DNA from: a virus | Taxonomy: Duplodnaviria > Caudoviricetes | Length of the DNA stretch: 64,000 nucleotides | Strand: one strand, 5' to 3' | Virus record (IMG/VR): IMGVR_UViG_3300028797_000004 | Part shown: in pieces, positions 1 to 9,895 of the stretch | Numbering within the stretch: position 1 is the first letter of the stretch | Layout: each line of letters starts with the position of its first letter | Translations under genes and position numbers: made by a program | Notes under the pieces: generated by a model | Databases searched by the model: none | What the model was told of the DNA's origin: nothing | The model's input: only the letters and a program-made list of their open reading frames with translations

Positions 1-782
1 GCCCAAGAAGTCTTGTGTGGAATCCAGATAGTACAAATCCTGGTTATTCTCAGATGCTTGCTCGTATCCAGATCCCAGATTCAATGCTTCTTTCAAGCAA
101 CGGAAACGCAGCACTGTATACAACACACTATGCACTGTTTGCGCCTTGGGGCCAGTATACTTATTCTGGTACATCTAAGATGGCAACAGCTTCACCTTCA
201 TTCCTGGCTCTTATGATTCAGAGAGCTCAGATCCTTAATCAGTCTTCACAGTATGAATGGCTGCTTCCTGAGAACAGAAAGCACAACCTCAAGATTGGTA
301 AGATGGATTATGAGGTACCTGATAAGCTTCGCAAGAAGTGGCAGAACCTTGAGGGTGCAAGCCTCAACATCATCACATATATTCCTGATTACAATATCAA
401 TATCTGGGGCAACTCAACTTGTTATGAAGTACCGCCAGCAACATATCAAGCTCTTGCAAATCTCTCAACTCGCTTCCTCTTCGGTGCGATAGAAAATCAG
501 GTTTACAAGATTGGTATCAGCATCACATGGCAGTACAATGTAGAAAGTGCTTATGCAAAGTTCTATGCAGGCGTTCGTCCTCTGCTTGATACTATGCGTC
601 AGCTCAATGCTATCACCGATTACAAGATCGAGATGAGCGCAGACATCAACGGAGTAGACCATGTAAATGCTAATACCGTGGTAGGCAAGATCTACATCTG
701 TGTCGCTGGTGTAATCAATGACATCGTAGTAGACCTCATCGCATTGCCTCAGGGTACTTCCCTTGCTGGATTCGGCGAGTAA
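1..782 (+). CDS. Contractile tail sheath protein, C-terminal part (5' truncated by window edge)
   Basis: Sheath C-terminal pattern: INIWGNST...NLSTRFL...VRPLLDTMRQLNAITDYKI...NTVVGKIYI...INDIVVDL; open from the window start. Confidence 0.75.
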   Translation, partial: PRSLVWNPDSTNPGYSQMLARIQIPDSMLLSSNGNAALYTTHYALFAPWGQYTYSGTSKMATASPSFLALMIQRAQILNQSSQYEWLLPENRKHNLKIGKMDYEVPDKLRKKWQNLEGASLNIITYIPDYNINIWGNSTCYEVPPATYQALANLSTRFLFGAIENQVYKIGISITWQYNVESAYAKFYAGVRPLLDTMRQLNAITDYKIEMSADINGVDHVNANTVVGKIYICVAGVINDIVVDLIALPQGTSLAGFGE

Positions 783-819
783 GATACACGCCTTAATAAT
801 ACAACATCCTTTCAAAGAG

Positions 820-853
820 AAACACCTGGTGTAGAGATACATCAGGTGTTTTT
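820..853 (+). terminator. Intrinsic terminator after sheath gene
   Basis: AAACACCTGGTGTA-GAGA-TACATCAGGTGTTT hairpin plus T run. Confidence 0.8.
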
Positions 854-884
854 CTGTGTGTGTGAACATACAGATATGATGCAG

Positions 885-1055
885 TTGGTGTGGTTTTACA
901 CCCGTGCGAACATAAACTTTTTCCTGGTGGTAGACTAAAATATATCAATCTCTGTGAACGTAGAATTGGCAAATGCAGTTCCTTTTCTTCGTTATTAGAA
1001 TAAACGAATTAATCATGCATTAATGAGTCAAAAATCTTGGTGTGGTTTCGCACCC
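885..1055 (+). repeat. Two copies of a 19-nt mini-hairpin (885-903 and 1037-1055)
   Basis: TTGGTGTGGTTTTACACCC / TTGGTGTGGTTTCGCACCC; both differences preserve pairing. Confidence 0.6.
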
Positions 1056-1110
1056 CTGTTCGCTCCGCCAGATTCATCAGAATTCTTGAGTTGATTAACA
1101 GATGATTAAC

Positions 1111-1175
1111 GAATCGTAAATAATTGATTAATTTTCTGAAAAACTATTGATTTCACCCCCAGAAGATGCTATAAT
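1111..1175 (+). promoter_or_regulatory. Early sigma-A promoter with conserved 44-bp upstream block (copy 1)
   Basis: TTGATT(1147-1152)-17 bp-TATAAT(1170-1175) with extended TG; 1111-1154 identical to 30303-30346. Confidence 0.85.
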
Positions 1176-1201
1176 ACATACAATAACACAAATCACCAAA
1201 G

Positions 1202-1292
1202 GTTACTAACAGCAGGCCGCTGCATCGCAGAGTAGAACACACTACCAACAGCCGAGCAGCAGCAATAGTTGCTGCATTACTGCTAAGGTAAC
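1202..1292 (+). ncRNA. Putative structured early RNA (multibranch)
   Basis: GTTACT/GGTAAC and AGCAG/CTGCT closing helices with three internal hairpins, directly after the early promoter. Confidence 0.45.
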
Positions 1293-1322
1293 ACATCGTT
1301 ATTCAGTGAAGGGAGAAGTATT

Positions 1323-1655
1323 ATGAAGAACACAAACAACAAGTCCGAGATGCTCAGAAATCATCTCGTGCGCGTAGCGCAGAAGAACATTCACCACGCA
1401 GCTAATGAGTACATCGGCGGTCTAGAGAATACGCTGTACGATTACGCAGAGACCGACCAAGAGTATATCAACGCTAAGGCGTCACTTGCCGCTCATGATT
1501 TACTTGTAGACATGATCTACGGCATGAGTGTATCAGGTACATTCGGCGACGGCTACTCCGGTCCTGCTAACAACTACACCAAGGCCATCAAGTTCCTCGG
1601 TACAAAGCAGCTTAGAGCGCTTGTCGAGCAGGAAGTCATCAAACAGGGTTATTAA
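1323..1655 (+). CDS. Hypothetical early protein
   Basis: ORF with SD (GAAGGGAG). Confidence 0.7.
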   Translation: MKNTNNKSEMLRNHLVRVAQKNIHHAANEYIGGLENTLYDYAETDQEYINAKASLAAHDLLVDMIYGMSVSGTFGDGYSGPANNYTKAIKFLGTKQLRALVEQEVIKQGY

Positions 1656-1723
1656 TCATATTACACATGGCGCTGCCACGTCAGCAGCGCCATTCTCGTT
1701 TAGATATCAAGGAGGTATCATTT

Positions 1724-2050
1724 ATGGAGATTAGAATAACAGCTACTGACCGCAGCGATTTTCTTGTGTTTACCAGCTCCGTCTTATTCGCTGCTAAGAC
1801 ATTAGTTACACTTCAGTGCGCTGAAGCATTTTTCAAGGGCGATCGCGAAGTGACGCCTAGCACCTCTTGCTTCAAGGTAGAGAAGTTTGAGACTATCACA
1901 GACAGATGGGTACCTTGGTACCACGAAGACTCCTGGGGTGAGGTGTATACAGACCTCATTCAGTATATGGAGAACTCGGCTGATGTGTCAGCTCATGACA
2001 GAGAGGACTTTCGTCAGCACCGTGGTAGCATACGCCCGAAAGCGTTGTAA
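1724..2050 (+). CDS. Hypothetical protein
   Basis: AAGGAGGT SD before ATG 1724. Confidence 0.7.
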   Translation: MEIRITATDRSDFLVFTSSVLFAAKTLVTLQCAEAFFKGDREVTPSTSCFKVEKFETITDRWVPWYHEDSWGEVYTDLIQYMENSADVSAHDREDFRQHRGSIRPKAL

Positions 2051-2081
2051 TCGTTATTAACTACAAAGGAGGAATTCTCTT

Positions 2082-3122
2082 ATGTTTGACATCAAGAATA
2101 TCAAGCCCAAGACCGAATTTACATTCTGGTTCACCCCCATACCGCACAGCATGCTTAATCTCAACTTAGAGTTACTTGTGCACTGCAGGGCTGCTGTAAC
2201 CGAGACAGATCCGCAGGGTGAGCCTGTCGGTAAGGTTGTCTTAGTTCGCAATTATGCTACATCGCTTATGGAGCGCGGAGCAATGATTGTTGAGTTTCGA
2301 CTTGACTACAGCGTCATTCACGAAGTGCATCCAGAGTTCAGCGAAGATTCAGCGATTGACGACTTGCTCAAATCTGATTTGAACGATTTCTTCAACCACA
2401 GACCAGAAAGCGCATTATTCTACAAGCCGATCAGCGAGCTGTTCTACTTCCACAACATAGAGCTTGTAGAGTTTCAGAAAGCTCCTACTGCTGAGCTCAT
2501 AGGTATCGATACATCGGCTACTGCTGACAGCGTATTCAATGAGCTGCTGGCAGGTGCAATGCTTTCGCTTACAAGTACTAATGGCGCAGACGAACACAAA
2601 GCTATCGCAAGAGTAGCGAAATGCATCACTTGGCTCAACAGCACAGATTTCTATACAGCTCCTGGCTCAACACAGTATCATGACGCACACCCAAAGGGCT
2701 TGCTGCTTCATACTCTTAGAGTCATTGAGTCAGCTCAGAAGCTTCTAGAGTCTTCAATGTTCAATCTTGTTCGTCTTGACCAAGCTATCATTTGTGCTGC
2801 TGCTCATGACTGGTGCAAGATTAACAAGTATGAGATGTATCTGAGAAACGTCAAAGATGAGACAACAGGTACCTGGACTAAGGTTCCTAGTTACAAGTAT
2901 CGAGATCAAGAGATACCGTTAGGCCACGGCGAAACGTCAATGTTTATTCTTCAGCGATTTGTACCTGTGTCAGTAGAAATGGCTTGCGCTATTAGATGGC
3001 ACATGGGAGCATGGCAAGTGCATCAGACAGCCTACAATGAGCTGCAGAAATCCAATGAGAAATATCCGCTGGTTCATCTGCTACAGTTTGCAGACCAGCT
3101 TTCTATCACAGATTACTTCTGA
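2082..3122 (+). CDS. HD-domain phosphohydrolase with N-terminal extension
   Basis: APGSTQYHDAH..GLLLHT, AAAHDWCKI, GHGETS, AIRWHMG, QFADQ motifs. Confidence 0.85.
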   Translation: MFDIKNIKPKTEFTFWFTPIPHSMLNLNLELLVHCRAAVTETDPQGEPVGKVVLVRNYATSLMERGAMIVEFRLDYSVIHEVHPEFSEDSAIDDLLKSDLNDFFNHRPESALFYKPISELFYFHNIELVEFQKAPTAELIGIDTSATADSVFNELLAGAMLSLTSTNGADEHKAIARVAKCITWLNSTDFYTAPGSTQYHDAHPKGLLLHTLRVIESAQKLLESSMFNLVRLDQAIICAAAHDWCKINKYEMYLRNVKDETTGTWTKVPSYKYRDQEIPLGHGETSMFILQRFVPVSVEMACAIRWHMGAWQVHQTAYNELQKSNEKYPLVHLLQFADQLSITDYF

Positions 3123-3152
3123 TGTTCGTTTCATATATACTTCTTTCTACTG

Positions 3153-3179
3153 ATAGCCCTACCGAAAGGTGGGGCTATT
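3153..3179 (+). terminator. Hairpin, probable terminator
   Basis: ATAGCCCTACC-GAAA-GGTGGGGCTAT. Confidence 0.6.
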
Positions 3180-3186
3180 GGTATAT

Positions 3187-3197
3187 ACCTTATATAT
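3187..3197 (+). promoter_or_regulatory. Putative phage late promoter motif ACCTTnnATAT (other copies at 20997, 28729, 32037, 35126, 38720, 43483, 57674)
   Basis: Recurrent intergenic motif, mostly before virion/lysis operons. Confidence 0.7.
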
Positions 3198-3231
3198 CTA
3201 TGAAACACAATACTATGGAGGTGTTCATACT

Positions 3232-3990
3232 ATGAGCGAAAAAGTTTCACAAGCAATGATTCCGCAGACTGTAAAGCAGTATGCTAAAGAAGATATCACA
3301 GAAGCTATCAAGAAGGCTAAGAAGCTTGGTACTGATCTTAAACTAGATACTATCAAGTTTGATGCATATCGTGCAGGTGATGATGAAAATAGCTTTTCTG
3401 TAGATGCGCAGTGCAGGATCAAGACTGCTGACGGTAAAACATTTGAATTTCCGATAGAGTATGTTATCGAAGGTGACGATGTTTACCTTGGTGCGGAAAG
3501 TATGGGCGATCTTGCTCAATCACTTGTTGATAGAAGCAAAGATTCGATCACGGCTGCTACTCGTCCTCGTAGGAAAAAGCGTATTGTCGCAGAAGAAGAA
3601 GTTCAGATTGCTGATACTCTTGGCGACATCGCTGATTCAGTTAATGATATGCAGGATTCTGTCGAGGATATCACAGAAGACGATCCTGATATCGAAGTTG
3701 AAAATGATATTACAAATCATTACATATGTCAATGTGACGTATGCAACGGCATCTTTGTTTCTGCTCTCATGGAGACTGATCAGGAAGTAGATTCAGTTTC
3801 TGGTATTTGTCCTAACTGCGGTAAAGAGTCAGAGCAGTTTATCAAGTGGATCGTCCGTGAACTTGACTATGTACCTAGTGTAGCTCCTAATCAAGTTTCT
3901 GATGAGGAACTTGAAGAGAAGGAAGAAGAAGCTTTTAAGCCTGAGGAAGAAGCTCCGAATAATGATTCAACCAATACTGAGTTTGATTGA
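3232..3990 (+). CDS. Acidic protein with CxxC...CxxC zinc ribbon; possible head-internal/scaffold-type protein
   Basis: SD GGAGGTG; CDVC/CPNC; internal SITA-ATRPRRKKRIVA junction. Confidence 0.6.
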   Translation: MSEKVSQAMIPQTVKQYAKEDITEAIKKAKKLGTDLKLDTIKFDAYRAGDDENSFSVDAQCRIKTADGKTFEFPIEYVIEGDDVYLGAESMGDLAQSLVDRSKDSITAATRPRRKKRIVAEEEVQIADTLGDIADSVNDMQDSVEDITEDDPDIEVENDITNHYICQCDVCNGIFVSALMETDQEVDSVSGICPNCGKESEQFIKWIVRELDYVPSVAPNQVSDEELEEKEEEAFKPEEEAPNNDSTNTEFD

Positions 3991-4005
3991 TCGGAGGTGA
4001 GCTCA

Positions 4006-4341
4006 ATGTCAGATACGCTCAAGACGATTCTCATCACAGTAATCACATCTTCAGGTATAATCGGTATCGGCACTAAATTCCTTCTCGCTAGAATCAAAAT
4101 GCTCAGAACTCGACAGCAAGCTTTAGAAAAAGGCATTCAAGCTCTGTTGCGTAATGCGCTGATTCAGCAGTATGATTTCTGGTCAACAAAACAGCATGCG
4201 CCTATACACATCAAGGACAACTTCAATAACATGTACCAACAATATCATTCGTTAGGCGCTAATGGCGTTATGGATAATATGTATCAAGCTTTCATGGAGC
4301 TCCCTGTAGCTCCCTCATCAGATAAGGAGGCGTCAGCATGA
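4006..4341 (+). CDS. Holin-like membrane protein
   Basis: N-terminal TM helix, then GIQALLR...MYQQYHSLGANG motif typical of Clostridia phage holin-associated proteins. Confidence 0.65.
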   Translation: MSDTLKTILITVITSSGIIGIGTKFLLARIKMLRTRQQALEKGIQALLRNALIQQYDFWSTKQHAPIHIKDNFNNMYQQYHSLGANGVMDNMYQAFMELPVAPSSDKEASA

Positions 4342-4748
4342 ACGTATCAACTATGATTCTGCAAGCGGTGATTACAATTGCCTCGGCAATAATCACCACC
4401 GTATTACTCCCGCTGCTTGCGCAATGGCTTACATCTAAAACAACTAACCAGAAGCTTCAAACTGCTATTCGTGATTTAACACAGACAGTAGCTACAGTTG
4501 TTGATTGCACTGAGCAGACAATGGTTTCACAACTCAAGGCTGATAACAGATGGAACTACGAAACACAATCTCAGGTGCTGAACTACGCAGTAGAGCACAT
4601 AATTGAGAACCTTTCAACATCAACTACAAAGTGGCTTGAAGATAATTCTACAAATATTACAGCAACTGTACAGCAGTATGTTGAAGCTTATATATTTTCA
4701 AAGAAACAGGAGGGTACATCTAATGAAGATAACTCGAAAAACACCTGA
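4338..4748 (+). CDS. Phage holin (LL-H-like)
   Basis: N-terminal TM, V..TEQ, VEAYI..KK pattern. Confidence 0.6.
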   Translation: MNVSTMILQAVITIASAIITTVLLPLLAQWLTSKTTNQKLQTAIRDLTQTVATVVDCTEQTMVSQLKADNRWNYETQSQVLNYAVEHIIENLSTSTTKWLEDNSTNITATVQQYVEAYIFSKKQEGTSNEDNSKNT

Positions 4749-5853
4749 GCAGCCGCTCGATCAGCAGTTTCCAGATTACGCAGAAGAAGAGCTTCTGGAC
4801 ACAATCATTTATCCGTTTGAGCTTATCGCTAATGTGAACGCTCGCGGAGATGTAACATATGAAACTAAGGGCTTTGGCTCCAATCTTGATGATGAGGAGT
4901 ATGGTAACTGGTACTGCGAGAAGTATCCTGGTTTAGAGATTGCTACTGCTGACGATGTTGCGGATGCAATTGACCAGCTTATCGTCAACACAGATTCATA
5001 CAATGAAATTTCAGGTACAGGTGAATATCAACTCACAGGTACTGCATACATAGTTATCAAGACTGACCTCGGTTTCTATGCTGACATAGAGGAGTCCGAT
5101 ATCACAAATTCTGAAGCAGAGGCAGATTCAGAAATTGACCTTGACGAATCTTACATCGAAGACTTCAAAGTAGTGAAGCTAGGTACTAGTGTAGAGTCTG
5201 CTAAGAAGCTAGATAATGTTGACTATGATGTGATATATGCAGCCGACGGTGCAGATGACGAATACGAACCTTATACAGGTGAGCATGACGAATACGAAGA
5301 TGTCTGGGACAGCATCGCTGATATAGATCAAGAATTCACATCAGCTAATACTTCAATCAACTCAAGCAAACTGCCAGCATTATTCAGCATGGTTGAATTT
5401 GATCCTGAAACCGTCAATGTAGACTATGGTGGAGGACGATTCGACAACGTAGCTGATTATCTCACTGATTTTGATGTAGTAAATTTAGTTATAGATCCAT
5501 TCAATCGTAACAAGAAACATAATCGTGATGCGATCAACCTTATTAGAGATCACGGCGGTGCGGACTCGGCTACGTGTTCTAATGTTCTGAATGTAATCAA
5601 GGAATCAGAAAATAGACGTCAAGTTCTTGAAAACATGAAGAAACTTGTCAAACCCGGTGGTAAGATTTACATCACAGTTTATGAAGGTGATGGTACAGGG
5701 GAAGAAGGTGTAACTTCTTCTGGTTATCAGCTTCGCAGAAAGACAAAAGAGTATCTTGATGAAATTCGTGAAGTATTTCCTGATGCTGAACGAAAAGGTA
5801 AGCTGATCTCAGCTACAAATTCTGGTAAGATACCTAACACACCTACATTATGA
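4723..5853 (+). CDS. Acidic N-terminal domain plus class I SAM-dependent methyltransferase domain
   Basis: VDYGGG, IDPFN, ADSATCSNVLNVI, KPGGKIYITVYEG motifs; SD GGAGGG before ATG 4723. Confidence 0.75.
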   Translation: MKITRKTPEQPLDQQFPDYAEEELLDTIIYPFELIANVNARGDVTYETKGFGSNLDDEEYGNWYCEKYPGLEIATADDVADAIDQLIVNTDSYNEISGTGEYQLTGTAYIVIKTDLGFYADIEESDITNSEAEADSEIDLDESYIEDFKVVKLGTSVESAKKLDNVDYDVIYAADGADDEYEPYTGEHDEYEDVWDSIADIDQEFTSANTSINSSKLPALFSMVEFDPETVNVDYGGGRFDNVADYLTDFDVVNLVIDPFNRNKKHNRDAINLIRDHGGADSATCSNVLNVIKESENRRQVLENMKKLVKPGGKIYITVYEGDGTGEEGVTSSGYQLRRKTKEYLDEIREVFPDAERKGKLISATNSGKIPNTPTL

Positions 5854-5859
5854 TAATTC

Positions 5860-5892
5860 AAACCCTGCGGCTCATTCAGTCGCAGGGCTTTT
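5860..5892 (+). terminator. Intrinsic terminator
   Basis: CCCTGCGGCT..AGTCGCAGGG plus T run. Confidence 0.75.
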
Positions 5893-5900
5893 GATTATAC

Positions 5901-5910
5901 GAATCGTTAT
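5901..5910 (+). promoter_or_regulatory. Putative phage middle promoter motif (GA)ATCGTTAT (copies at 1295, 2050, 6952, 11021, 13826, 16305, 17748 variant, 28956, 35776, 37947, 38445)
   Basis: Recurrent, almost always intergenic, + strand, often right after a terminator or stop codon. Confidence 0.75.
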
Positions 5911-6029
5911 AATTGTTGCATGAAAGGGGTGTTGACTTACTAAGTAATCTGGTCAGTAACCATATATTAACATAAGTACCAACCTGGTCTTAAGCACTTA
6001 GTCGACTTGACTAAAGGAGGAAAATTACA

Positions 6030-6212
6030 ATGGCAAAAAATCCTGCGCAGGAAACTATCACCCACAAGTTCATAGCTGACGGAAGCGCATATCCGAAATG
6101 CAAAACATGTGTCAACTATGAATTCAAAGACGGTCGCGAAAGGTGTACAAAGTTCGATGCATTCAAACCAACACTAGCATTCAGGTGCTATAAGCGCGAT
6201 CTCAGCAAGTAA
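6030..6212 (+). CDS. Small Cys-rich hypothetical protein
   Basis: AAGGAGG SD; CKTC...C...C. Confidence 0.65.
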   Translation: MAKNPAQETITHKFIADGSAYPKCKTCVNYEFKDGRERCTKFDAFKPTLAFRCYKRDLSK

Positions 6213-6237
6213 TAGGTAACTAAGGAGGAAAATACCA

Positions 6238-6948
6238 ATGAATTTTACAAACCGAAGTCCCCTCGCGGTAGGGGCATATATTATTTCAGTGCTTGCAATT
6301 ATTATCGTGTCTATTCTCGCAAGCGCACTCAACAGTAGACACGAAACAGAGCCTCAGGAGGAACAACCATGTACAACTTCGACGATCACTATCGTTTCCA
6401 GCTCAACAACATTATCTACGACCACAAGCACAAGAACGACGACGAAGACGACGAATACGACAACGACAACCAGCACAACCACTGTAGCGACGACGACTGT
6501 CTTGGAGAGTACAGCTCCGACTGAACCTCAGACAGAGCCCCCAGCTCCAGAACCAGTGTATGAGGAGCCTGCTCCGGAACCTGTATACGAAGAACCTGCT
6601 CCTGTTGAACCTGCAGCTACTTCAGGATCACCAATCACTGATTATGAAGTGATTTTACTTAGAAATGTAGTAGCTCGTGAATACGGCAGCGATTGGGTAT
6701 CTGTTCCAGAGAAAGCAAAAGTAGTGGCTGTAGTCATGAACCGAGTTAACAATCCTAAGTTCCCGAATACAATTGAGGGTGTGCTTACACAACCTTATCA
6801 GTTCAGCGGATACTGGGCTTGCAACTATGAGTGGTCTAATGTAACTCAGAGCGTTCGAGACGCTGTAGATTACTACTTTGCTCACACAGAGGAGTTCGGC
6901 GCTTGGACAGGTATGTGGGGCGATGGTACTTGGAATCACTTCTATTGA
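6238..6948 (+). CDS. Membrane-anchored SleB/Hydrolase_2-family cell wall hydrolase with Thr-rich and PEPVYEEPA linker
   Basis: TM helix; VVAREYG, VVMNRV...FPNTIEGVLTQPYQFS, GDG..NHFY. Confidence 0.85.
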   Translation: MNFTNRSPLAVGAYIISVLAIIIVSILASALNSRHETEPQEEQPCTTSTITIVSSSTTLSTTTSTRTTTKTTNTTTTTSTTTVATTTVLESTAPTEPQTEPPAPEPVYEEPAPEPVYEEPAPVEPAATSGSPITDYEVILLRNVVAREYGSDWVSVPEKAKVVAVVMNRVNNPKFPNTIEGVLTQPYQFSGYWACNYEWSNVTQSVRDAVDYYFAHTEEFGAWTGMWGDGTWNHFY

Positions 6949-7034
6949 TGTGAATCGTTATAAGCAATAAGAATATAAATCCTAAAACCTGAGAAACTTT
7001 CTTAGGTTTTATCTTTTTGTAGGAGGAAAGTAGT

Positions 7035-8645
7035 ATGGCTGAACTCAATGCTGAGCAGAAAGCTGCTGTAGAGTGCACAGATAGAAAAATAGTTTGTATT
7101 GCAGGCGCAGGCGCAGGCAAGACCAAAACATTAGTTTCTAGATTGATACATCAAGTAGTTGGTGGCGCTGATGCAACTCATATGTTAGTGCTCACATTTA
7201 CAAATGCTGCTGCACAAGAAATGAAAGCTCGATACATCGCTGCTGCACCTGAATTTGATGTACCAACCTTCGGAACATTCCATTCATTCTGTTATTCACT
7301 ACTTGTAAATCCTGACATACGCAACGCTCTTGGCTATACAGATGTGCCTACAGTAGCTACACCTGAAGACATTAAATTCTGTAACTCACAAGCTAAGCTG
7401 ATAACAAGACCTAAGCTTCTTGAATCTGAAATGTCTGGTGACGGAGAGAATCTACCTTCATCTAAGAAGCGAGATTACGAGACGTTCAAGCGTTGTAGAG
7501 ATAAGCTTCTGCGACAGAGAGGTCTTATCACATTTGATATGATGTGCTACGACATAGGTCAGCTGTTTATCAATGATGAAGCTTGTGTGCAGCCGATAAA
7601 GCGTAGATATGAGTATGTGGTGTGCGACGAGATGCAAGATTCAGACAAACGGCAGATGTCGTTTCTTAAGTCTTTTAAAGATGCAAACTTATTTGTGGTA
7701 GGTGATGCCAAACAGAATCTATATAGCTTCCGAGGTACAACTAACAGGATAATCAAATCGCTTGCTGAATCTGATGAGTGGACAACAATCAAGATGTATA
7801 AGAACTACAGATGCACAGAAGAAATATGCGAGTTTGCTAACAAGATTCATAAAAGTTGGGGAGATTCTCCTTACAACTTAGCAATACATAGTGATAAGCA
7901 TGATCCGGATTCTGTACATTTTATGCCCGCTTCCGAAGCTTATGAAGTAACCCCTTTGTATTTGTTAGAGATTACACAGAATTCTGATAAGGAGTCAATT
8001 GCATTCTTAGTTCGTACTAATGCAGAAGTAGCTTCGCTTGTAGATAAATGCAAGGCAGTTGGCGTGAAGTATCACACTAATAGTTCCGCTGACTGGCGAG
8101 CTTCCATGCTGCTGGCGTTACAAGATGAGCAGTATGCTATTACCTGGCTGCCGTCAGTACTTAATGCTACTAAGTATAACAATTATCTGCGGGCGTGCAT
8201 ACTTAATCCGGAATATAAAACTATCATAGGCTTACAGCATTTCACAAGTGAGGACGAAGTGTTTGCTGAGAGATACGGGACATATCTTACGCTTAAAACA
8301 CTACTTGACACAAATATATCTGTATTTCAGAAGTATAAGTCAATCACAGAGAAGCTTGACCTCCCATTTGACGTAGCTGACACACCCGATACTGTTGAAG
8401 GTATATTTGATCTCCTCAATACTAAACTTGGTAGCGCAACTACTGATGAAGGTGTTTACATCGGTACAATACATTCGTCAAAAGGACTTGAATACGATAC
8501 TGTGCACTTGTTCGGCGTAGGCGGATCCAGCTTCCAGATCTCCGACGAGGACTCAAAGAATGTCTTCTATGTAGGATGCACAAGAGCTAAGAATAATCTT
8601 TATATCTATTCGGATAAATATAGAAAGGATGATGAAGAATGCTAG
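7035..8645 (+). CDS. UvrD/PcrA-family SF1 DNA helicase
   Basis: AGAGAGKT, LTFTNAAA, TFHS, DEMQD, VGDAKQNLYSFRG, TIHSSKGLEY, YVGCTRAK. Confidence 0.95.
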   Translation: MAELNAEQKAAVECTDRKIVCIAGAGAGKTKTLVSRLIHQVVGGADATHMLVLTFTNAAAQEMKARYIAAAPEFDVPTFGTFHSFCYSLLVNPDIRNALGYTDVPTVATPEDIKFCNSQAKLITRPKLLESEMSGDGENLPSSKKRDYETFKRCRDKLLRQRGLITFDMMCYDIGQLFINDEACVQPIKRRYEYVVCDEMQDSDKRQMSFLKSFKDANLFVVGDAKQNLYSFRGTTNRIIKSLAESDEWTTIKMYKNYRCTEEICEFANKIHKSWGDSPYNLAIHSDKHDPDSVHFMPASEAYEVTPLYLLEITQNSDKESIAFLVRTNAEVASLVDKCKAVGVKYHTNSSADWRASMLLALQDEQYAITWLPSVLNATKYNNYLRACILNPEYKTIIGLQHFTSEDEVFAERYGTYLTLKTLLDTNISVFQKYKSITEKLDLPFDVADTPDTVEGIFDLLNTKLGSATTDEGVYIGTIHSSKGLEYDTVHLFGVGGSSFQISDEDSKNVFYVGCTRAKNNLYIYSDKYRKDDEEC

Positions 8646-9157
8646 TTCCAGCACAGCTGTATAGAGATGAAATCAGCCGTGAGCTAACTGCCCGCTGGTA
8701 CATACCTAGATTCAGTCATTATTTTTCAGGTAATAGGGAGGAGGTTCGGATAGCTGATAATGCTCATTGGCGCAGAGATTTTGCTTATGAGGACATGCAT
8801 CATAGACTTGGCGGATATTTCTCTTATGCATACAATGAATCAGCTAGATCCATGAGTAACTTCGGGCTGGTAGGCTTTCAGAAAAATAACATAGCATTTC
8901 TTCGAGAGGTCAAAGCCCATATACTGCATATGATAGTTACAGGACAGGCTCAGCGAATTGAGTTCTGGGCGTTCACAGATAATCCAGTCATGAAATTGTA
9001 TCGTAGGTGGGCAGAGCAATACGGTGGTGTAGAAATCGCTACATTGCATCGTGTAGCTTTCTACGAAGGGGCATATCATGATATGTCTGTGTTTGAGTTT
9101 CTGCGAGAGGATATACTGTCACATATCACAGTACTACCGGAGGTGTGTTATGAATAG
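8639..9157 (+). CDS. GNAT (RimJ/RimL-like) fold protein
   Basis: RIEFWAFTDNPVMKLYRR...GG...YEGAYHDMSVFE pattern. Confidence 0.6.
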   Translation: MLVPAQLYRDEISRELTARWYIPRFSHYFSGNREEVRIADNAHWRRDFAYEDMHHRLGGYFSYAYNESARSMSNFGLVGFQKNNIAFLREVKAHILHMIVTGQAQRIEFWAFTDNPVMKLYRRWAEQYGGVEIATLHRVAFYEGAYHDMSVFEFLREDILSHITVLPEVCYE

Positions 9158-9530
9158 GTCAGATTTCACTAGAGATATTGAACTTCGTGCAAGGAAGATG
9201 CTGAAGACAAAAGCATTTCTTTCAGAGTTTGCTAAGCATCTGTCAGGGCTGAAAGAGTTCAGCAAGGTGGAGTATGAAGTGACAATTGATGCTGCGGGCT
9301 ATGTGAAAGCAAATGTTGACAGATTAATCAGTGTTTCACACAATAGCCGAAACAAGACAAATCTTATAACTCATATTCTACTTCTGCACTGCTCTTCAGA
9401 AGATTCACAATTAGGGATACATGGTGACGGTAGCAGGTACCGATTAAACTTATCGCAGTATGTGATAGGTACATATAAGTATGAGCTGTCATCAACAGGT
9501 AAGACTCGGCATTGGAGGAAAATATCATGA
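9150..9530 (+). CDS. Hypothetical protein
   Basis: GGAGGTG SD before ATG 9150. Confidence 0.65.
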   Translation: MNRSDFTRDIELRARKMLKTKAFLSEFAKHLSGLKEFSKVEYEVTIDAAGYVKANVDRLISVSHNSRNKTNLITHILLLHCSSEDSQLGIHGDGSRYRLNLSQYVIGTYKYELSSTGKTRHWRKIS

Positions 9531-9895
9531 GAAAGCGATTTTCAAATACAGTGGTGTGCGGACGCTCAGTTCAAGTAGGTAACTTCTATCGAAGCTACAA
9601 TGGTACTTGTGTTGAAGTCATTGCTATCGCAGAGAATGTAGAAACTGGTCAAGAGATGGTCGTCTATCGTACTCGTCACGAACAGAAACGTGAAATTGAC
9701 GATATGATTCTCACTTGTACTGCCGAGGCATTCTTGAGTGATGTGCAAGTTGGTGGTGTAACCAAGACTCGATATCGTGAGGTACTGATAGGCGTAACAC
9801 GTTTTCACGATAAAGAGTGGGTAGAGCTTCTTGAATCGTCACCTATGCGATCACGTCACATGATAAGTTTTGAAACGCAGGAGGGGGCTCAGTAG
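9527..9895 (+). CDS. DUF1653-like protein
   Basis: [16 protein letters not shown]...ETGQEMVVY...F.S.V...RY pattern. Confidence 0.7.
   Translation: MRKRFSNTVVCGRSVQVGNFYRSYNGTCVEVIAIAENVETGQEMVVYRTRHEQKREIDDMILTCTAEAFLSDVQVGGVTKTRYREVLIGVTRFHDKEWVELLESSPMRSRHMISFETQEGAQ

Noticed and set aside
5880-5910. Reading the ATCGTTAT motif as a host SigH promoter (AGGA...GAAT)
   Set aside because: The apparent -35 is just the 3' arm of the upstream terminator and is absent at most copies
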